Shown piece by piece: positions 59,201 through 64,000 of a stretch of DNA of 64,000 bases. Origin of the DNA: a virus (lineage: Duplodnaviria > Caudoviricetes). A program made the translations under genes and the position numbers. The stretch spans positions 1 to 64,000 of IMG/VR virus record IMGVR_UViG_3300035501_000169; one strand, given 5' to 3'. The notes under the pieces were generated by a model, which had not been told where the DNA came from, made no database searches, and saw only the letters and a program-made list of their open reading frames with translations. Positions within the stretch are counted from its first letter, which is position 1, and each line of letters opens with the position of its first letter.

Positions 59201-62200
59201 ACGAAGTTCATCAGTATTCATAGTATCAATATCTCTAATTTTAGTATTCAATTGATTTACAATTCCAGTTCCATCATGGTCAGCATCATCAATAAGAGCA
59301 TCATTTTTGATAACTTTATTAACAGCATTACGTTTCATTTTGAAACCTTCAACAGCAAAAGCATACTTAACAATGTCTAAACTTGCAAGAGCTATAAGAG
59401 GATTACTGTTATAGAAACATTTATTAAATTCATTATATACAGTTTCTATATTATCGTTTCCTTCAACATATTCGATAGTTTGAGCACCTGCCTTAGTCTT
59501 ACGATATTGAGTATTATTAAATAAAGTAGTACGAATATATTTAAATACTCCAGTTTCTCTAAAATGTTCTTGTATCCAAGTAACTTTTTGAGCAGGACTT
59601 AACGTAGCAAATTGGTCAATTTCTTTTTGAGTAGGATTATTAATATCTTCTACTTCAAATTCAACCATTTCACCATCTTCATTTTTAACTCGTAAGTCAG
59701 GGGATTTACCATATCCAAAGATTCTTCTACGTTCTTCTTCAACATCAGTTCCAGCTTCAAATCTGAAACCTTCACCTTGTATGTAAGTAACTTTATTTCT
59801 TACAGCATCAGTTTGACCATAAATATAATTAAGAATATAATTTTGATATTCTTTATATACTTTTTCACTTAAAGTTTTATTATCGCCTGTAAATGCTAAT
59901 TTAATTAAGCTAACATCAGAAACAAATTCACGACTTTGAGTTTTAAATAAATGACGATTTACTTTAATAGCTGTAGCTGTAGCATATTTAAGAAAATGAT
60001 GAAGAGGAGGATATGCAGAGTTCATATCACTAGAAGTTATATAATTATCAAGACCTCTAGTAACTCCAGGATAAATAGCTTCAAGAAAAGTTTGATTTCC
60101 TTTTTCTTTACTTTCTACATACAACGCAGGATGTTCTTCTCTAGATAATTCATCAATATCATCAAATACTTTATTTGTAGCAAAAATAGTTTGTTTAGCA
60201 CCAAACTTATCAGGATTACAAACACGAGCATAAGATGAAATAGAATTACCTAAATGAGAAAGTTTATTATATTGAAGTATGACTCCTAAGTCGTATAGTA
60301 ATCGCATCTTCATCTCTACGGGGGAGCTTCCTTCAAATATACCTTTATCTTTAAGTCTATCTTTAAGTCTGCTAGCAGCTATAAGAAGTTTAGCAGATTC
60401 TTTATCATCTAAACTAATTTTAAAATTAGCAGTACCAGCACCAAACAATCTAGCAACTTGTCCATTATACTTTTGAAGTTTAGTCATTATACTATCAATG
60501 GACTCTCTATCACTAACTTCTATTCCATCAATAGAAAGAAGTTCTTTAGCTAAACTTTTTATAGCAGTATGAACCGGATTTTTATTATCTTTACTATAAA
60601 TAGATTTATTGCTGTTATAAGCATCAACTATTCTACTAATACCGGGTTGCATAATAAATGAAACACCAGTTTCATAATCAGAACCTAAATCAGGAAATAG
60701 TTTATATACTTGGAAAGTTAAATCATTAACATTAGGAATAGCTCCTTCCTTAACAGCATCAAGAATATGAGCTGTAGTTTGAGAAGAATAAGCAGTAAGA
60801 ATTTTACCAACACTATTCTTGTTGTTTTTAGTCCAACCAAAAGTATTATGACTTACAACAAATACGCCGTCTGATATTTCTTCAACATTATCAAAAGTCT
60901 TTTTAAGAGCAGCTTTTGTATAACCATCTTCAGCTCTATAAACTATTTTAACTTGTTGAGCATCACTAATTGTTGGTCTAACTGTATTACAAATAGAACA
61001 GAAAGTATCACGAGTAACACTAAATGCTTTAAGTTTAGCGCCACTCATAACATCTTCTTGATATTCAGCTTGGTCAAGGAAATTATAAGGAGAACGTTGA
61101 TTACGGCGTTTAGCTATATTTTCATCAATAGAAGCATTACGAGCATTAATAATATCTTCAAAATTAGAACGAGAAAGATTTTCTTCTAATGACTCAGAAC
61201 TAGAAAGAATATCAATCATAGATTGTAATAACTGATTATTACGAGCATCTCTGTTATTTCTTTCTGTAGCATCTAGATTAGAATATTCTTGATAACTTAA
61301 AAGACCTGCGTCTTTAGCAAGTTTTTCAATATTAGCAAGACGTTCTTCTTGAAGCTCAGAAATACCATTCATAAGCTTCTCTCTATAATCTTCAGAAGCA
61401 TTATTAATGAAATCATTAATTCCTTGTCTTACTGTAATATATTCTTGAATTTGAGATTTAACATCTTCTGAAAGCTCATTATTCTCTATGTATTGAGTAA
61501 GACCTTCGACAACATTATTATTTTGTTGAGTGTATTTTTCAAGTTTAGATTTACCACTAGTATGTTTCTCTTGAAGTTTTTTAATTTCATTTCTAACTTC
61601 ATCAGGAAGAGCGTGATATTTTTCTCCTTCAGTTTCAAGCATATCGTTGTAATCCTCGTTTCGCTTATCATTGATAGCTTCTTTGAGAGATTCAATTTGA
61701 CCTTTAATCTTAGTAGATACTTTATGGTCAAGTTTACGACGAATATAAGAAAAATAATCTTGTTCTGTAACTTCTTGTTTATAAGGTATTTTTTCTATAA
61801 GACCAGTCTTTTTATTAACTTTACCTTTAAAATTAATACCATAAACAGAGTCAATATCAAAGTCAGAACCTGTTTGAGAAACCCAATCATCAGGAACTAC
61901 AATAGTTGAACCAAGAGCATCATCAGTAAAACCAACGACCTTCATAACACAAATAGATTGTTTACCTTCAGTAGGAATACGATAACCAATCATTGTATCA
62001 AGACCTGAATTTTGAAGTTCTTCTAACAATTCTTCATCAGTTTTACGACTACCATCCGCTTTTTCTCGTTTTAAACCAAAGTTATTAGCAGGAAGCATTA
62101 TTTCAATATAAGGCTTACCATCAGGATGATATTTCAAATCTTTACTATAACTTCTACTTTGAACTTGACCACTTAAAGGACTCCAACCAACATTAGTAAT

Positions 62201-64000
62201 CTGAGCAGCATGGAATCCAGGAAGTTTCTGACGAGTAATGCGAGAATTAAACATACTCTGAGCAATACTTTCAAGTTTAGTTGAAACACTGCTCAAATAA
62301 GTTGGCATCTTAGTATCAGGAACATCATCGTTTATATTAGCATTTTCAGCTAAAGTAACATAATCCATCATATTACTGTCAAGACCAAGACGAGCAACTT
62401 CTTCTTTTAATCTGTCATAAAAAAGTTGAACATCAAGTCCAGTAATATCACGTTTTCCATTTTTATCTTCGAGTTTAAGATTTCCATTTTCATCAAGTTG
62501 AAGATTAAGTTCATCAACTAAATCTTGGAAACTTTCTTTAATATTAGCAGAATAAAGTTTGAAGAACTCTTCTTTTTTAGAATAAAGCTCACTACCAGGA
62601 ACGATATTATCAAGTATTTTCTTCATAATCTGAATACCTGCTTTATTCTTATTATCTACGTGTTGAGGAGTTTCTTGTTGAGTGTAAAGATAATTATAAT
62701 TATATTCTTCTACAGCACCAGTAGCATTAAGTCTAAAGTCTTCAACGTTTTCTTCTGTTATTTCCCCTTTATCATTCCAAATAGTAAGAACATTACACTT
62801 ACCAGCTTTAGAAGTTTCTTCAGTATTTAATTGGTCAATACCTTTTTCTTTCATCAAATTATAAACTTGTTCAAGTTGAGTTCCTTCAATTAAACGAGGA
62901 ACAAGAACAAATTCAGCATTTTTAATTTGACGAGGAGCAATTACGCCAAGTTTTTCATTGTAATGTTGGTCATAATAAAAGTTCTTTTGTACTTGAATAA
63001 ATTCACCAATTACATTAGCATCTAGAGGTTTAGTTTCATCAAGAACAGCTTCAATAAGAGGCATATATTTTTCAAGTTGACCTCTAGCAGACACACGTCT
63101 AATCCATTCTTCAAATGTAATATAAGATTGAGCGTCATTTACAGTAGTTCCGTTAAAACCACTCATCATATTACGAGCTTTCTCGGTAGCTGCTTTTACA
63201 CTCATACCACCTTCATGAAGAGCATCTATAAGTTTCTTAGTAACAACACCATCTTTAGTTTTCTTTTTAGCATCATAAATAGAACATTCTTCACTAGTAC
63301 GAACTGTATTTTTGATAGTTACTCCTCTAAACTTATTATACTGTCCTATTTCTAAGGTTTCAGTAGTTCCATCAGCTTTTTTACGAACAAATGTTTTATC
63401 ATTAAGTCGACTTTCTATTTGTTCTCTAGGAGTAGAAAGATTCATAGTATAATCTACAATACCATATGGAACACCAGAACCTTGAGATTCTTTAGCACGT
63501 TTAAGAAAAGTTTGAGTATCTTTATAAAACTTAGTATCTCCTTCAAATAAATCATTAAAAGAAACATACATGAGATGATGATTTAAAGCAAATTCTGCCA
63601 CATTATCATCTGTAAGTAAATGTTGTGGAATAAAATCTTCATATTGCGTAATACGTTCTCTCGTATCTTCAACATAATCATTTATAAATTGAGAAAGATA
63701 TTTATCCACAATATTTTCTTGTTCATCTGTAAGTTCGACACTAACACCTTTTTGACCACGTTTAGTATGCAAATAAGTGTTATTAGCTCCCCCGTAGAGG
63801 AAATCAAATGCTTCTTCTAATATCTTCTCACCATAATTAACTTCACTTACATTTCCATTTTCATCTGTATGAGTAATAACAAATCTATCACTATGAAATA
63901 CAGAACCTGTTAATTTACTGATACCATTTTCAGTTTTATCTAAAATTGTTTTACCTTTTCCAACATGATATACAGCATATAGTTTACGAGCTGTATTTTT
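53255..64000 (-). CDS. Giant virion RNA polymerase (crAss vRNAP); 5' end outside window
   Basis: Frame stays open upstream of 63772 to the window edge (>3580 aa). GYRIPTEGKQS and catalytic GSDFDIDS at ~61850-61864. Confidence 0.9.
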   Translation of the reverse strand, partial: KNTARKLYAVYHVGKGKTILDKTENGISKLTGSVFHSDRFVITHTDENGNVSEVNYGEKILEEAFDFLYGGANNTYLHTKRGQKGVSVELTDEQENIVDKYLSQFINDYVEDTRERITQYEDFIPQHLLTDDNVAEFALNHHLMYVSFNDLFEGDTKFYKDTQTFLKRAKESQGSGVPYGIVDYTMNLSTPREQIESRLNDKTFVRKKADGTTETLEIGQYNKFRGVTIKNTVRTSEECSIYDAKKKTKDGVVTKKLIDALHEGGMSVKAATEKARNMMSGFNGTTVNDAQSYITFEEWIRRVSARGQLEKYMPLIEAVLDETKPLDANVIGEFIQVQKNFYYDQHYNEKLGVIAPRQIKNAEFVLVPRLIEGTQLEQVYNLMKEKGIDQLNTEETSKAGKCNVLTIWNDKGEITEENVEDFRLNATGAVEEYNYNYLYTQQETPQHVDNKNKAGIQIMKKILDNIVPGSELYSKKEEFFKLYSANIKESFQDLVDELNLQLDENGNLKLEDKNGKRDITGLDVQLFYDRLKEEVARLGLDSNMMDYVTLAENANINDDVPDTKMPTYLSSVSTKLESIAQSMFNSRITRQKLPGFHAAQITNVGWSPLSGQVQSRSYSKDLKYHPDGKPYIEIMLPANNFGLKREKADGSRKTDEELLEELQNSGLDTMIGYRIPTEGKQSICVMKVVGFTDDALGSTIVVPDDWVSQTGSDFDIDSVYGINFKGKVNKKTGLIEKIPYKQEVTEQDYFSYIRRKLDHKVSTKIKGQIESLKEAINDKRNEDYNDMLETEGEKYHALPDEVRNEIKKLQEKHTSGKSKLEKYTQQNNNVVEGLTQYIENNELSEDVKSQIQEYITVRQGINDFINNASEDYREKLMNGISELQEERLANIEKLAKDAGLLSYQEYSNLDATERNNRDARNNQLLQSMIDILSSSESLEENLSRSNFEDIINARNASIDENIAKRRNQRSPYNFLDQAEYQEDVMSGAKLKAFSVTRDTFCSICNTVRPTISDAQQVKIVYRAEDGYTKAALKKTFDNVEEISDGVFVVSHNTFGWTKNNKNSVGKILTAYSSQTTAHILDAVKEGAIPNVNDLTFQVYKLFPDLGSDYETGVSFIMQPGISRIVDAYNSNKSIYSKDNKNPVHTAIKSLAKELLSIDGIEVSDRESIDSIMTKLQKYNGQVARLFGAGTANFKISLDDKESAKLLIAASRLKDRLKDKGIFEGSSPVEMKMRLLYDLGVILQYNKLSHLGNSISSYARVCNPDKFGAKQTIFATNKVFDDIDELSREEHPALYVESKEKGNQTFLEAIYPGVTRGLDNYITSSDMNSAYPPLHHFLKYATATAIKVNRHLFKTQSREFVSDVSLIKLAFTGDNKTLSEKVYKEYQNYILNYIYGQTDAVRNKVTYIQGEGFRFEAGTDVEEERRRIFGYGKSPDLRVKNEDGEMVEFEVEDINNPTQKEIDQFATLSPAQKVTWIQEHFRETGVFKYIRTTLFNNTQYRKTKAGAQTIEYVEGNDNIETVYNEFNKCFYNSNPLIALASLDIVKYAFAVEGFKMKRNAVNKVIKNDALIDDADHDGTGIVNQLNTKIRDIDTMNTDELRNNFVRSHYSSMYQIATHRVEKVNKQFELSRNLGDDIVLIDLATKEGKELAEKYDFIFTTGDKGNYSVNQYVKLRFGKVEKLYKIKEYGNHIYAYPLNKLEENESSTWSVNVANNVNPDESYYQALLSAIEDENPNTDEYSRAIEEARAKKSEHKFVNKNKAEHSTYATTFNINAERTVDSGGFEDVRNKVTNFFKTNPRGRLYLRSAALANYIKYTSAANGSIQTINGRQYVIQKVDFSKYNKKYIGKNNEHREVQERDPQIQAIMENAQLAGYRVNDAFLITPYNERQATVEVDEEETPNEIMHSSVTELGTHSMQTMWRRQISENDMSAAKALKRLHDKDIKSTDASVKNNVNEVITTTAEYVQVTTDKILNDLEYFIPDAEGHYHSVNDSETIDLIRNNPEERKRFLKTLLDARAFVRNYRMINDLDIDSEDPAIRNYLTKIKTAINKLQNATIINNAEERFANEYLAKLSENPLVQGDILSLLDGYHSAAAFDAWVNDLQETSSPLLQIITKEVMGDIRAKEMLATKRIREFRDKVKEIKGKAGANAINWKHIIDEDGKFVQDYNQEFIDKLNQLREDIGAKRSEFGEGSIEHLKAKYDYDKFKLEHTNQLLVDDYYQRKLELENHMLTHYSKTYSVYKKLDARRKDILSHAVNGTLEESYQDELKQVKKEMDALTAPYFFNSSTGQFEEKFSNSDPNNPLRGDDRAIMSIEAANALSSHLSAMRDLRKEYFAQDAKFGFDEELEKNLDIISNYEMRDSTGNITTPVSELMKHDDYVKAKEWVEHNARYVVGEETQKLINDAFAILREKRSGRQILSAIAKRDNLYDSHGVIDATKISDEDIAKIKAEQLANYNIREGQPFSDRSLINSAPTDDTIFSSAFYKGMTLNGAKNQDYIAKVNEINAILLPYYDNSSKTVYTAKMTTEELEKLDKLYEELEDIKKTENSSNGKSVHKFIKDHVEFVYDMDKYQAEKDAAIAIGGNYLRVWQRVNERIEEIDGKDTVVPNKYIYGYAVPKGYKKDGTGDNTYVDKKKTDALRTVRAYTTSTKTEYYYQKYKEMQAKGKEEFNAWYNANHIYNPYTHAKEPIQCWTRLEVNQMADDGEHTEAGMWVPAFGQLETRPKDGRDGEPDYLNHNYKQGASTAANYKKEGFTPQQHDNLPFGVDNINFDSTDYSNKNNMTDAEREMKELFENTLRSMATTNSAKRFLDRGYMASRAKSPERDAKFYAKEAAKMLGWIEGASGKEDWTEDVDYATDETIDMPMMSTLKSKDSVKVNYKMPDKKDYEDENAYNEAVKTYNENKKKAEEQNAKIHRELLDDNWESVMEDFIEKAAHFNAIQDNKYMLFYAKNMLDKIDVFVKNEGFNNLQKEGSRNAEGETRYVTKKDTRLQEQYVNWIRRLVYDQWKKPNNRLTRTANIMQSLTSAKFMMLNITGGIANVTVGETQILGESLAREYFGMDTYLKGKATWQTSLPSFFADMYSERASSLGSAIVKFMNVVDFDENSGLVHVPDAEEYMKRARDLMFSPQAMGEHFMQNGAMFSMIHSHRLFINREKDSNGKLSYTLKNEAEHMRDANEKALQDVLTDSQKQLWKKFTEYETKDANNKKEYAWFRKDLTTEFANLYLNDEQKKEFIDKRKDYQNKAKAEFNDDTEHPTLMSQLKLGKDGKLDFKEDSKLMEMGDEAYQLLGRFKGRVISVNKKIHGVYDRLGAAKWESYWWGGIVMQYHKHLYPGIMKRYRRQGYFNEERGTVEKGCYASIKDFLSLPLHKKKFVNKLKADTNISDSELQSVQGIQNIIKNYIEFALHVKTNYQMLPEYDRANIRRAIGDIAGVASALCMAIALRVIAGGDDDEGIIYNLAMYECDRLASESFMYNPFGLMSEGKKLWSSPVAVENGIEDIFSSLGFIAQWCMQGDDFDPYYQTGLYAGENKLWVNVRRQIPVYHAINMVERLNRSNKYYKLGDNMLSIVPVKDIADWIRK

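Larger units (their letters stand above)
3716..63801. repeat. Dispersed motif family, core CTACGGGGGAG (15 copies)
   Basis: Copies at about 3716, 7776, 14938, 20835, 23927, 32634, 35836, 40547, 43088, 48965, 49059, 53235, 57128, 60311 and 63784. Confidence 0.92.

Noticed and set aside
1-64000. Stop-codon reassignment, as in some crAss-like phages
   Set aside because: Structural and replication genes are full length under the standard code; TAG and TGA both serve as real stops; no suppressor tRNA was seen.

Overview
About 64 kb of an AT-rich crAss-like bacteriophage genome (Crassvirales, Bacteroidota host). PolB plus a degenerate SF2 helicase and no DnaB point to the alpha/gamma, p-crAssphage-like lineage. 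The standard genetic code is used. Layout: (1) 1-24.5 kb, minus strand: late/structural module with a C-type-lectin fibre of the DGR-target type, a 1515-aa LamG/CotH-like/LRR protein, auxiliary capsid, ring protein, MCP, portal, TerL, lysis genes, a PD-(D/E)XK nuclease and an HU/IHF-like protein. (2) 24.5-26.8 kb: divergence region with repeats and hairpins. (3) 25.6-51.3 kb, plus strand: early and replication module. (4) 51.7-64 kb, minus strand: LysM/L,D-transpeptidase protein and the giant virion RNA polymerase (DFDID). The most unusual signals are non-coding. A GC-rich motif CTACGGGGGAG occurs 15 times, roughly every 3-6 kb, inside and between genes, independent of frame and strand, with an inverted pair directly upstream of the HU/IHF-like gene. 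A late 3'-UTR holds a 23-nt segment perfectly antisense to the recT-like mRNA. There is also an anticodon-less tRNA-like RNA, four co-oriented 87-88 bp degenerate intergenic elements, and hairpin-plus-20-mer units ahead of the first early genes. All calls were made by eye with no database searches.
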